Positions 39,583 to 50,200 of a DNA stretch of 64,000 nucleotides are shown here, in pieces (positions within the stretch are counted from its first letter, which is position 1; each line of letters opens with the position of its first letter). Under the pieces are notes generated by a model. It searched no databases, was not told the origin of the DNA, and worked only from the letters and a program-made list of their open reading frames with translations. The position numbers and the translations under genes are program-made. Location of the stretch: the NCBI GenBank assembly GCA_020350205.1, contig CP070707.1, forward strand, positions 3,163,563 through 3,227,562, given 5' to 3'. This DNA is from a bacterium (GTDB lineage Bacteria > Calditrichota > Calditrichia > RBG-13-44-9).

Positions 39583-40758
39583 ATGATGTATCCCCGTATG
39601 ATGAATGAAAATATTTTTGCAGTGGGTGCGTTTGATTGGGATCGAACCTTATTTGATGCCCTGATTCCGCTTCCTTACGGAACTACCTACAACGCTTATT
39701 TGATAAAGGGATCAAAAAAAACCGTTCTTATAGACACAGTTGACCCTTCGAAGCTTGCCGTTTTAAAAAGGAATCTTAATAATTTGAATATTGATAGACT
39801 TGATTATATCATTTCGAATCATGCAGAGCAGGATCACTCCGGTTCAATTCCCGAAATACTGAATCTTTATCCTATGGCCAGACTGTTAACCGGTAAAAAG
39901 GGACAGGATATGCTGTTACCACTGCTGGATATTTCGCCGGAGAGAATTCAGGTTGTGGAAGACCGGGAGATCTTATCGTTAGGTGATAAAACGCTTCAGT
40001 TTATTTTTGCACCCTGGGTTCACTGGCCGGAAACCATGTTTACTTTTGCGGTCGAAGACAAAATTCTATTCAGCTGTGATCTGTTTGGTGCCCATCTGGC
40101 CAGCAGTGAATTATTTGCCTCAAAAAATGAAAACACTTTACAGGAGGCTAAGCGCTACTATGCAGAAATCATGATGCCTTACGGAGGGCGGATTGTCAAA
40201 CATCTGGAAACACTGCAAAATTATGACATAAAAACTATTGCACCCAGTCATGGACCGGTCTATGATCACCCGGAACAGATCATGAGCGCGTATCACGAAT
40301 GGGTAACCGGAGATCTTAAAAATGAAGTCGTAATTATTTATGTCACCATGCATGGCAGTACGGAACAGTTGGTCTTCAGATTGACAGATGAGTTAGTGAA
40401 GAGAAATATTTCAGTTACCCCATTTAACACAGTGACTGCGAGCCTGGGAGATCTGGCGCTTTCGCTGGTGGATGCAAAGACGGTAATCCTTGGGTCACCA
40501 GCCTATCTCATGGGTGCCCACCCCAACCTTATTTACGCGGCCTACTTGATTAATACTTTAAAACCCCGGACTCAAAATGTTGGAATTATAGGATCCTTCG
40601 GATGGGGAAATAAAATGGTAAATCAGTTGACTGATATGCTGAAAGATCTCACAGTCGAATATTTACCCCCCTTGCTAGTCAAGGGGAATCCCCGGCAACA
40701 GGATTATCTCGATCTCGTTGCTTTGGCAGAAAAAATTCAGCAGGTGCATCAATCGTGA
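39583..40758 (+). CDS. flavodiiron protein (FprA/ROO type: metallo-beta-lactamase-like diiron domain + flavodoxin domain)
   Basis: Diiron ligand motif HAEQDH, further H/D ligands downstream, and a C-terminal flavodoxin-like domain (VIIYVTMHGSTEQL); 391 aa. Confidence 0.8.
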   Translation: MMYPRMMNENIFAVGAFDWDRTLFDALIPLPYGTTYNAYLIKGSKKTVLIDTVDPSKLAVLKRNLNNLNIDRLDYIISNHAEQDHSGSIPEILNLYPMARLLTGKKGQDMLLPLLDISPERIQVVEDREILSLGDKTLQFIFAPWVHWPETMFTFAVEDKILFSCDLFGAHLASSELFASKNENTLQEAKRYYAEIMMPYGGRIVKHLETLQNYDIKTIAPSHGPVYDHPEQIMSAYHEWVTGDLKNEVVIIYVTMHGSTEQLVFRLTDELVKRNISVTPFNTVTASLGDLALSLVDAKTVILGSPAYLMGAHPNLIYAAYLINTLKPRTQNVGIIGSFGWGNKMVNQLTDMLKDLTVEYLPPLLVKGNPRQQDYLDLVALAEKIQQVHQS

Positions 40759-40790
40759 TTGATAAAACCTTATTTGGAAAGGAGATAAAT

Positions 40791-42137
40791 ATGGCATCAA
40801 CAAAAATTGTCCTCTGTATAGTATTTTTCTTGGTGGCATATTCCCACTCTCAGGATCTTCCAGCAGGTGAAGAGGCTTTGGGTACTAAAAAGTATGAACA
40901 GTATGAAAGTCCGACTGTTTGTAAGAGCTGCCATGATAATTTCTATGAGCAATGGAAACAGGCTATGATGTCTCAGGCTTATACTCATCACTGGGATGAG
41001 ATTGAATACTTTAAATTGGCCGTTCCCCATGCAGAGAAGGATGAAAAGGTTGCCGGAGTTAAAGCGGGATGTAACGGTTGTCATGCTCCCATGGCTTTCA
41101 TGGCCGGTATAGTTCCCCCACCTAAACCAGAAGAAAATACGCGTGCGAATGAATCAGTTGCTTGTGATATCTGCCATACGATAATAGGATTTAAAGGAGA
41201 TATTCCTCATAATTTTAATTACATCTCGAATCCAGGAAGAACGAAATACGGTCCGAAACCAGGACTCTCCTCTCCACATCATGATACAGAGTATAACGAA
41301 TTTATTACTCAGTCAGAATTCTGTGGAACCTGTCATAATGAAATGAGTCCTTATGGGGTGTGGGTCAAAGCGACGCAGCTTGAATGGAAAGAGGGACCAT
41401 ATGCCAAAGAGGGAGTCCCCTGCCATCAATGTCATATGCCCAAGGCCAAAGGAAAGAATGCCAAAATGGCTAAGGAAGATATCGTTGCACAACATTTGTT
41501 CCATGGCGCCCATGACCCTGGGAAATTGGCCAGTGCTATTGAATTGAGAATGAATCCTCTGGAAAGAGAAGTCCCCTATGATGGAGTAGTATCTCTCAAT
41601 GTTCAACTTTTCAGTGCTAAACCGGGACACAAGTTCCCGACGGGCTCGGTTGAGGATCGAATTGTCTGGTTACATGTAACCGCAACTGATGCCGAAGGAA
41701 AAAGCTACCACCTGCCGGTGGACAAAAAAAGTTTTGCAGGTGAGGAATATACCATAGCGTCGGATGTATTGGCCTACCAGGATATGGGGATCGCATTGAA
41801 TGATCCCAATTTTCCCGGTGTGCAGCGGGATGGGGTGCCTATTGGGGACCGTATCTTCCGGATGCCTTATTTCGACCCGCAGGGCCGGATGACAATTCAA
41901 CAATGGAATACTAAATCTTTTGGAGTGGATTATCGGATCGGTCCCCGTGAGACGAAAATCGAAACTTTTACCTGGCAGTTACCTGATGATATAGCCCTTG
42001 GAAAAGTACATTTCACCGCAGAATTGAATTATAGCAAACTTGTTAAGCCAGTGGCTGACTTTTTAAAGGTTCCTGCAGAAGAAAGTGAAACGATATTAAT
42101 AAACAAGACAAATACCTGGGTTGAAGTATACGACTAA
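40791..42137 (+). CDS. periplasmic pentaheme c-type cytochrome with ~225-aa non-heme C-terminal domain
   Basis: AAGGAG RBS before ATG 40791. Signal peptide MASTKIVLCIVFFLVAYSHSQ. Five CxxCH motifs (CKSCH, CNGCH, CDICH, CGTCH, CHQCH) lie in the first ~235 residues; the remainder has no heme motif. There is no CxxCK, so it is not a canonical NrfA. Confidence 0.8.
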   Translation: MASTKIVLCIVFFLVAYSHSQDLPAGEEALGTKKYEQYESPTVCKSCHDNFYEQWKQAMMSQAYTHHWDEIEYFKLAVPHAEKDEKVAGVKAGCNGCHAPMAFMAGIVPPPKPEENTRANESVACDICHTIIGFKGDIPHNFNYISNPGRTKYGPKPGLSSPHHDTEYNEFITQSEFCGTCHNEMSPYGVWVKATQLEWKEGPYAKEGVPCHQCHMPKAKGKNAKMAKEDIVAQHLFHGAHDPGKLASAIELRMNPLEREVPYDGVVSLNVQLFSAKPGHKFPTGSVEDRIVWLHVTATDAEGKSYHLPVDKKSFAGEEYTIASDVLAYQDMGIALNDPNFPGVQRDGVPIGDRIFRMPYFDPQGRMTIQQWNTKSFGVDYRIGPRETKIETFTWQLPDDIALGKVHFTAELNYSKLVKPVADFLKVPAEESETILINKTNTWVEVYD

Positions 42138-42150
42138 AAGGAGAAATACC

Positions 42151-43377
42151 ATGCTCAAAAACTTTATTTATATTTTAATATTGATCGTTACTATTTTATT
42201 CATAGCATTGTTTCCGGAGGATGCAGAAGCCATCCCGGCTTTTGCCCGCAAATATAAAGTATCCTGTACTACCTGCCATGCTCCAATACCTAAACTAAAA
42301 CCCTATGGGGCAGAGTTTGCCGGCAACGGCTTTGTGATTCCCGAGGAAGAAAAAGAACGTGACTATATTACTGCAGGTGATAGTCTGCTCTGGCTTAACA
42401 GGAATTTTCCGATTGCCGTGAGATTTGATGCCTATGGGGTATATGATGATAAGGCACCCGTAGAAAACGATTTACAGCTTCCCTGGGGAGTGAAATTGCT
42501 TTCCGGCGGAAATTTGTATAAAAACATAGGGTATTATTTCTATTTTTACCTTTCAGAAAGGGGAGAGGTCGCCGGCATTGAGGATGCCTATATCCACTTT
42601 AATAATATATTTAATACCAATCTTGATGTGATGGTCGGTCAGTTTCAAACCTCCGACCCCCTGCTGAAAAGGGAATTACGTCTTACCTTTGAGGATTATA
42701 CCTTCTATACCAAACGGGTCGGTTTCTCGAAAATCAATCTAACCTACGATCGTGGTATCATGATGCCCTATACAATCGATAAAACCGGTACCGACCTGGT
42801 ATTCTTGGTGGTTAATGGTGCTGGAATCGGGGATGCCGGGGAGGATCGTAAATTTGATGATGATAAATTTAAAAATTATGGATTTAGAATCAACCAGGCT
42901 GTTGGTGAGTTTGCCAGTATCGGCGCTTTTATTTATTACGGAAGAGAGAGGGTTACAGATACTCTGGGTGTCAATGATAATGAAGTGACCTACATTGGCC
43001 CAGATGTCAATTTGACCGTAGGTAAATTCGAACTTACCGGACAGTACCTGTTACGTAAGGATACGAATCCATTGTTTATACCCAGTGCAGAGTCGAAGAA
43101 CACCTCCGCAATCATTGCTGAGATTATCTTTGCTCCTAAAAAAGAACGCTCCCGTTACTACTTCACATTCTTATATAACTGGGTAGATTCTGATCTCAAA
43201 GAAGAGGATTTTGCACCTCTCGCTCCTTATTTTGAATTCAATTCCCTGCAATATCATACCGCGACCTTGAACTGGACTTACGAGTTGGCGCGGAATCTAC
43301 GTTTTCTGGTGGAATTAACCCGGGATATTGAGCTGGAAGCGAACCGTGGGGTTCTGGGAATAGTCAGTGCGTTCTAG
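42151..43377 (+). CDS. outer-membrane beta-barrel protein with single N-terminal CxxCH heme motif (Cyc2-like fused cytochrome-porin candidate)
   Basis: AAAGGAG RBS immediately after the upstream stop, with ATG at 42151. Signal peptide MLKNFIYILILIVTILFIALF. The mature N-terminus is AFARKYKVSCTTCHAPIPKLKPYG, with one CTTCH. The ~360-aa rest shows an alternating amphipathic beta-strand pattern and ends ...LGIVSAF (terminal Phe). Confidence 0.6.
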   Translation: MLKNFIYILILIVTILFIALFPEDAEAIPAFARKYKVSCTTCHAPIPKLKPYGAEFAGNGFVIPEEEKERDYITAGDSLLWLNRNFPIAVRFDAYGVYDDKAPVENDLQLPWGVKLLSGGNLYKNIGYYFYFYLSERGEVAGIEDAYIHFNNIFNTNLDVMVGQFQTSDPLLKRELRLTFEDYTFYTKRVGFSKINLTYDRGIMMPYTIDKTGTDLVFLVVNGAGIGDAGEDRKFDDDKFKNYGFRINQAVGEFASIGAFIYYGRERVTDTLGVNDNEVTYIGPDVNLTVGKFELTGQYLLRKDTNPLFIPSAESKNTSAIIAEIIFAPKKERSRYYFTFLYNWVDSDLKEEDFAPLAPYFEFNSLQYHTATLNWTYELARNLRFLVELTRDIELEANRGVLGIVSAF

Positions 43378-43656
43378 TCGATAGCATGGATTATCAGAGA
43401 ATGGGTTAGGAGCTTTACGGAATCTGGAAGCAGTTGTGAACATTGAATATTTAAGATATAAATCTCTTAAGGTTGTATGATGTGAAGCCTCCGAATTAAT
43501 TCGGGGGCTTTCATTAGAGGAAAATCCCGGCCTGGCTCTAGAAAAATCCAATCCCCTCATATAAAGTGTAACCCAAATTCACCTTTAGCATCTTATATTA
43601 CATATATATCTACAAAAACACCCATACAGTAAGATTTCCGGAGGATAAGTTTTAAC

Positions 43657-44673
43657 ATGAAAAGATTTTTATTAATTCTTATATCTACTGCAATTACCTC
43701 GAATGCCTGGGCCCAGAACGATTCATTGCTATTTGACAACAATATTGTGATTGTAGGAGAAATAAAAAATCTGAATCGAGGGATTATTACCATTGAAACA
43801 GAGTTCAGTGACAGCGACTTCAAAATTGAATGGAATAAAGTAAAAGAAATTTATGGTACCCAGGAATATATTATTACGTTATCCGATGGAAATCGTTTAA
43901 AAGGTTCCATATCGACCGATCCCTCCGAAAAGTCAAAAGTAATAATTAGTGATGCTTATCAGACTTTGGCTGTTAGCTTGAATAACGTGGTTTTCATGAA
44001 ACCATTGGAAGAAGGATTCCTGCAAAAATTGAGTGCCTCAGTGGATCTGGGATTCAATTTAACCAAAGCCAATAATTTAAGACAGCTATCTCTGCGCAGT
44101 AAGGTTGGCTATTTGACCAACAGATGGAGTACCGATGGATTTCTGGATATTACGCGCAGTGACCAGGACAGTATTGCTGCCACCCGGAGAACGGATGCTT
44201 CGGTGGGATTTAACTACTTCCTGGGGAAACGATGGTTTGCTTTTATTTCATCAAAGTTTCTGCAAAGCGATGAGCAGAAACTGGAACTCAGGGCGACTCC
44301 GCTAATCGGTATCGGAAATTATTTCATCCAAACCAATTCAATGTATTGGGCACTTGTGGGGGGTATTGCCAGAACGATTGAGTTTTATACCGATCCGACT
44401 ATCGAAGACAGGAGCAGCAGCGAAGCAAATTTGGGAACCGAGTTAAACTTGTTCGATATGGGTGATTTAGGTTTGGTGACGACTTTGGCGGTCTATAGAA
44501 GTCTCAATGAAGGGGACCGAATTAGGGCTGACTTTAAGTTCGATATCAAATACGATCTTCCACTCGATTTTTATATCAGACTCGGCTATACTCATAATTT
44601 CGACAATCAACCGGTGGAAGGCGCTTCCCGAAACGACTGGGATTTATCGATGACTTTTGGGTGGGAACTGTGA
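43657..44673 (+). CDS. outer-membrane beta-barrel protein (DUF481/YdiY-like)
   Basis: Signal peptide ISTAITSNAWAQ, a ~100-aa N-terminal globular region and then alternating-polarity strands through to the C-terminus. Similarity to DUF481 is by pattern only. Confidence 0.4.
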   Translation: MKRFLLILISTAITSNAWAQNDSLLFDNNIVIVGEIKNLNRGIITIETEFSDSDFKIEWNKVKEIYGTQEYIITLSDGNRLKGSISTDPSEKSKVIISDAYQTLAVSLNNVVFMKPLEEGFLQKLSASVDLGFNLTKANNLRQLSLRSKVGYLTNRWSTDGFLDITRSDQDSIAATRRTDASVGFNYFLGKRWFAFISSKFLQSDEQKLELRATPLIGIGNYFIQTNSMYWALVGGIARTIEFYTDPTIEDRSSSEANLGTELNLFDMGDLGLVTTLAVYRSLNEGDRIRADFKFDIKYDLPLDFYIRLGYTHNFDNQPVEGASRNDWDLSMTFGWEL

Positions 44674-44906
44674 TTATCGGAAACCGTAAGATAACCTGAA
44701 ATCCTGTCTGTGACCGCCTGAGTTTCCAGCAATTGTAAACCACTATATGCTCATCTCTCCGAAACTGAAAGAGCAAGGCTCTCTGGTGTTTCGAAGTTTG
44801 AATTTATGATTTTTTGAATAGGGTTAACAAAAATAGTTGCTATATCCAATTAGGCTCAGTATTATATTTATCTATTATTATTCCTTACATATGATGGAGG
44901 TCCATT

Positions 44907-46265
44907 TTGAAAAAAATATTACTGTTCATTTTGATTTTCCTAATGACGGTTGAGCTTTCTCTTGCACAGGATAATCCTGAGGAACCGTCAGATCCTGTGG
45001 CACCCAAACGGATAGATTTAGCAATTGCTGAAGTGATGGCCAGTAATTTTGTAGCCTGGGCCGGTGCCCGTTATCTTCGGGAGGATAATTACTCTTTTTT
45101 GATCAGCTGGCAATCGGTTGAGGACAATCTCCGCCATGGTCTGGAGTGGGATCCCAATAATTTTGGCACAAATTTTCTTAACCACCCCTATCAGGGCAGT
45201 ACCTATTTTAATGCTGCCCGGACTAATGGTATGAGTTTCTGGGAATCAACCCCCTTTACTTTCGCAGGAAGTTACATGTGGGAAGTCTTTATGGAGCGCG
45301 AATATCCCGCCTACAATGACCTGGTTACCACCACCTGGGGAGGCGTGGCCCTGGGGGAGATATTGTTTCGATTTTCTGAAAATGTATTGGATGACCGCGC
45401 CCGGGGAGGTTCGCGGGTCTGGCGTGAGACGGCCGGCTTTTTGTTAAACCCAGTGGGTGGAGTTAATCGTATTATCAAAGGTGATATGTTCACGACCAGA
45501 TCTTCGGTTAATCATATTAGACGACCCTTCAATGGTTACATCGCGGTCGGTGGGCGTGGTAACCTGGAAGGATCGGATGCTGAAGATAGTAGATTAAGTC
45601 CCTCGTTTCAACTGACCGGTCATTATGGTAAGCCGTTCGAACCCAAATCAAAAATTAAGCCGTATGATTTCTTTGCCTTCCGTTTATGGACCAGTAAGCG
45701 AGATACCTTGAGAAGCACCGTGATTACTGCCTGGGGTACCCTGTTTGGTAAGCAATATGACAGGGAGAATGGGCAGAAACACCTGCTGAGTATTTCCCAG
45801 AATTATGACTATTATAATGCTCAGATTTTCACGATCGGGGCTATGGCTTTTACGACCAATCTATTGTCAAATTGGCCGCTGGGAAAAGGATTCCGCCTGA
45901 TTACGAATCCTGCACTGGGATTTATTGCATTGGGAGCGGGTAATAATGAATACGTAACCTCCTATCAGGGTCGAAATTATAATTTTGGCTGGGGGGCGCG
46001 TGGTAAATTTGAGTTCCTGGTTGAACATCAAAAGTTCGGCAGGATTCTGGGAGATTACAATTATTTCAGTCTCTATACCCGGGAAGGTGCACCGGGTGTA
46101 GACCGATTACATGTCTTTGATGTCAATTACATGATTAAGATATGGCGGCAACTGGGTATTGGAGTTGAGTATTTCTATTATTACCGAAATGCCCATTATA
46201 AAAATGATCCTGACGTCAGAAAGCACCTGAAAGGATTGAGAGGTCTCTTCTCTCTGGAATTTTAA
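44907..46265 (+). CDS. DUF3943-family secreted/outer-membrane protein
   Basis: Signal peptide, then W..DNLRHGLEWDPNNFGTNFLNHPYQGSTYFNAAR; the N..HPY.G..YF core is the DUF3943 signature seen in Bacteroidota-group proteins. The C-terminus is beta-rich and ends SLEF. Confidence 0.55.
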   Translation: MKKILLFILIFLMTVELSLAQDNPEEPSDPVAPKRIDLAIAEVMASNFVAWAGARYLREDNYSFLISWQSVEDNLRHGLEWDPNNFGTNFLNHPYQGSTYFNAARTNGMSFWESTPFTFAGSYMWEVFMEREYPAYNDLVTTTWGGVALGEILFRFSENVLDDRARGGSRVWRETAGFLLNPVGGVNRIIKGDMFTTRSSVNHIRRPFNGYIAVGGRGNLEGSDAEDSRLSPSFQLTGHYGKPFEPKSKIKPYDFFAFRLWTSKRDTLRSTVITAWGTLFGKQYDRENGQKHLLSISQNYDYYNAQIFTIGAMAFTTNLLSNWPLGKGFRLITNPALGFIALGAGNNEYVTSYQGRNYNFGWGARGKFEFLVEHQKFGRILGDYNYFSLYTREGAPGVDRLHVFDVNYMIKIWRQLGIGVEYFYYYRNAHYKNDPDVRKHLKGLRGLFSLEF

Positions 46266-46295
46266 AAGATTTATCAATCAAAAAAGAGGACTATC

Positions 46296-46931
46296 ATGAA
46301 AGCATATCTTTTTATTATAATCACTATCATTCTGATGATCTCTTCTCGGGCGATCTCACAACGGGTAGAAATTGCATTAATGACCGGTTATCAGATGGGA
46401 GGTATACTGGATGAGACCACGCAACAGGAGGGGATTTTCACCCCGGGTGACGCACTGGGTCTCACCGCTTCGGGTAATTTCGGAGTCATGCTTGATATCC
46501 GTTTGGCAAAGAAAGCGTTCCTGGAACTTTCAATAGACCGCCAGCCGACCAACCTGAATTATCATGAAGCTCCGGATGGAGAAATTTCCCGCTCTATGAA
46601 AATTAATGTAGATTATTACCAGGCAGGTATTATCTATGACTGGTCCTCCAGCTATCTTCGACCTTTTTTTGGATTGGCGATTGGTCTGGTACATTTGGCA
46701 CCGGATGAAAATCTGGATAGCGAGACACGACTAAACTTCTCCCCTTTAATGGTCGGCGTCAAAACCTATGCCAGTAAATATTTCGCTTTTCGGTTACATG
46801 CCCGTCTGCTGATCAGCGATGCTCCTGAAAAAATCTATTTTAAGGATACGGACGGAGAAGGTTTCTATCATGAAAAAAGTACCTTTATGACCCAGATACA
46901 GTTTGGGGTGGGCATGGTGCTGTCACTTTAG
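46296..46931 (+). CDS. small outer-membrane beta-barrel protein (OmpA-like barrel/porin-family fold)
   Basis: 211 aa with a signal peptide and eight or more amphipathic beta strands of alternating hydrophobicity. Confidence 0.45.
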   Translation: MKAYLFIIITIILMISSRAISQRVEIALMTGYQMGGILDETTQQEGIFTPGDALGLTASGNFGVMLDIRLAKKAFLELSIDRQPTNLNYHEAPDGEISRSMKINVDYYQAGIIYDWSSSYLRPFFGLAIGLVHLAPDENLDSETRLNFSPLMVGVKTYASKYFAFRLHARLLISDAPEKIYFKDTDGEGFYHEKSTFMTQIQFGVGMVLSL

Positions 46932-47212
46932 AAATTAAAGGAAGATTCAAGATATAGAATTTGAGATTCGAGGGGGGCATGCATCAAGATAGAAAATAAA
47001 AAATGAACTACTATATATTTAATTTCTCTAATCCTACGATTTACCATATTATGTCGGTATTTTTCCACATCTTTAATCTGAAATATTGCAGCATAATTTT
47101 TTAGACAAAAATTTAATCAGCACGAATAATTTATTTTATAAATTTTTTATGCCATACTAACCAGCTCGAAATTTAGGATTCACGTTTAAAAATATACCGA
47201 AGGAAATTAATA

Positions 47213-50200
47213 ATGCGCATTTATTTTATTCTTCTGCTTATTCTCACCTATTTTGCCCAGGCCCAGGAAGTTCTTCCGCCCAGTGATGGCGGTTTCACAA
47301 AATCTATGGGGCAACCTCAGATATACAAACCGTACATCGGTTTTTCGCTGGGACACAGTTATCCGGCGGTGGATGATAAATTAATTGCCCAGTTCAGGTT
47401 AGGCGTGTACCGGGATTTAATGAATCCCATGTACAGTGTACTGGGTATTTCCGCGGAAGGGTATATAGGGAGTCTTCGCACTAATGAAGATTTTGGATTC
47501 CGGGCGATGATTGAAATGCCTGCATTACGACTGGCAGGCGGACTTGATTACAATTATGAAGTTGAGCGTCTTGATTTTATCCTTCGGATAACAGCTGCGG
47601 TGAGGCGGGGAGGTATTTTTGGAAGGGGGACTGACCTGCGCCTTGAATGGTTACCGGCGCGAGGAAATACCTATAATCTGGGAATCGGAATACCTATTTT
47701 CCAACCTAATCGCGGAAAAACCCGCCCTAAAAGGGACTATGTCAGACTCACAGCCCCTAAACCACCACAAATTCCGAAGGTGCCTGGTATTCCGGCCTTG
47801 GAGGAAGCTCTCAATAATATCCGTGAAAGTGCCCGCTGGATTAATCGGCTTACCACACCCTATTATGATTATGCAGGGGCCGATCCCTTTGCCGCGATTG
47901 CTGACTCCATGAAAGCACTAAAAAAACATTTGAATTCCCGTAATATCAATTTCCCGAATGGCAGGAACAGTGAAGCAGAGGTTCGCTTTTTCCATCAGGA
48001 ACTGGAGCGCGCATTTTCAATGGCAATTTTGGGCGAGTCGCTGGTGATGGGAGAGTCGGTTAATGAGGGTAGAGAGGTTGCGGCACAGGCAAGAAATATT
48101 ATTCTGGAGAGAATATTATATCCCTATAACCGTTTACTTGGTCAGAAAAAAAATAGTGATTCCATATTGGAGTTTGCCAAAACAGCCCGCGGTAAGATGG
48201 CTCGCTGGATGACACAATCTGATGTAATTCCACCTGAAAGAATTGATGCAGTCCGTTATGTATTCCAGGAAATTATAGCAATTATCGAAGAAAATCGTGC
48301 CTATTCAGCCAAAATCTGGAAGGATTCCAGACTGGTATGGCTTCCCCTGCAATATGCGCTTCTCCCAGAGCAGCATGACAGTCAGCAAGAGCTGGATAAA
48401 ATTATTGAGGGTGCCACCGGTCAGCGATTTACTGAGGGGAATAAAATCTGGTATATCATTAATGAAGAGTTTCAATATGAGGTGGCTCGACAGATCCATG
48501 CTGCCCGTGACTATCATATATTATGGATTCATGATATTGATGCGTTTGATGCGGGTGGAGACCCCGACACACTTACTTTTCTGCAGATCAAGGATTCCTA
48601 TTTTCAGGCTATGATAGACCGAATCAGAGAATATGACGATACCGGCAAACTTCCCGTTTTTATGATTTTTCTGGATCAGTTTTTTTATCAGGCCAATAAA
48701 ACTCGAACCTGGATGAGGTTGTTAGAAAAACCCCTGACCTATAGTCTCAAGTTATCCGACAAATCCATGGAACAAGCGCTGACGGAAAAACTGACAGAAC
48801 TGCGCCGAGCAATCAATAGGTCGAAACTGTTGCAGGCGGAGATTCAGGAATACGGGGAAGAATGGCTGCATAACCTGATAAAGGTCCACGTGAATATTAC
48901 CAATCCGGCGGATATCTCATTCTGGAGCAGGGGTATCCTTCCCATACTTGGAACCCCCGATCTGATTTCCCGGGATCATCGCAAAATATCATTTTATGAC
49001 GTTTCGGAGGAGGATCCTTACCAGGGTGTCATGATGATTGGGGGTATGGGTATCGGAGAACATTATGCTGGCCCAACCTGGGATGACCGCGGTATACTCG
49101 TCCAGGGTCCTGCCGCACTTGATTTAAAATATGCGGCCAGGCAACTTCTGCTGGATCAAGGATTTGAAGAACAGGAAATTCCCTATCCGTTGCAAATAAG
49201 ATCTAAAGCGAGTGATTATGCAAGGGCGGTGCAGGATACAATTCGAGTCTGGAGTAAAAAAGGATTCACCCTGGCAAAAGTAAAGCAATTACATAATCAA
49301 ACCGGTTATCATCCCAAAATGGTCAGCGTTGCCAATGCAGTGATGTATTCATTAATGCCCCGGCGAACCTTTCAGATTATTCCGGATAGTTTATGGGATA
49401 GTGATTTCTGGTTGGCCATTCTTCTCGGTAATTCTTTACGGGGAGGCTGGATAAGCATTCAGGCACCGGCTCTGGAAAATGCTCCCAGTGCCGGTTTTCC
49501 TCAAATGTCCCGAACCCAGGAGTTGTTGGCCCGGCATGTAGTGATCCAGGAGATATTGTCAGAAGAGATTGAAGCAGCAGGGGGAATGTTCAGAGCAACA
49601 TTATACAACCCGGATGAGGATGTGGCCGATTTTGCCGGACAACTGAAAGAGTTTAAACATCGTTTCGAGAGTGACAAAAATTTACAGGAACTTTTTCCAT
49701 TTCATCCTTCCATATACCGTATGTTGGACAGTATGATCCAGGTATTAAGTGAACAGCAAATCGCTTATCTGTCCTCTGACGCCGTGGTGAGAAAACCAAA
49801 ACTCCACGCAAAAATTAATTTGTTCGCTTCTCTGGATGTGGTCCGTGATTTATTGATCATGCCTGAGTTTGCCTCGGTTTTCAAGTCTTATATACTGCAG
49901 CGAGTTGCTCAGGCCACAGAATATGGAGAAGTCGGAAATGTCAGGGAAAAAGCAGAGAAATTTTTACAGGTAGCCAGAGACTGGGTTATAAAATATCGGG
50001 ATAATACACCCCAGGAGGACCTGGAAAAGTTGGTATTTTATTTTAAAGTGGGAACCATGAATCAGAATTATCGCAGTAAAGTGTTCGATGGAGAAGCGGT
50101 GGTATTAATATCGGGGGTCTATAGTATTTATGGTTTAATGGATATGATTTTCCGAATCGGTTTAACCACACCGATAGAAGACCTGGAAACTTTAGAGAAA

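Noticed and set aside
40791-42137. Calling the pentaheme cytochrome NrfA (nitrite reductase)
   Set aside because: All five motifs are CxxCH with no CxxCK active-site heme. The N-terminal region and heme spacing do not match my recollection of NrfA, and no nrfH-like partner is adjacent.
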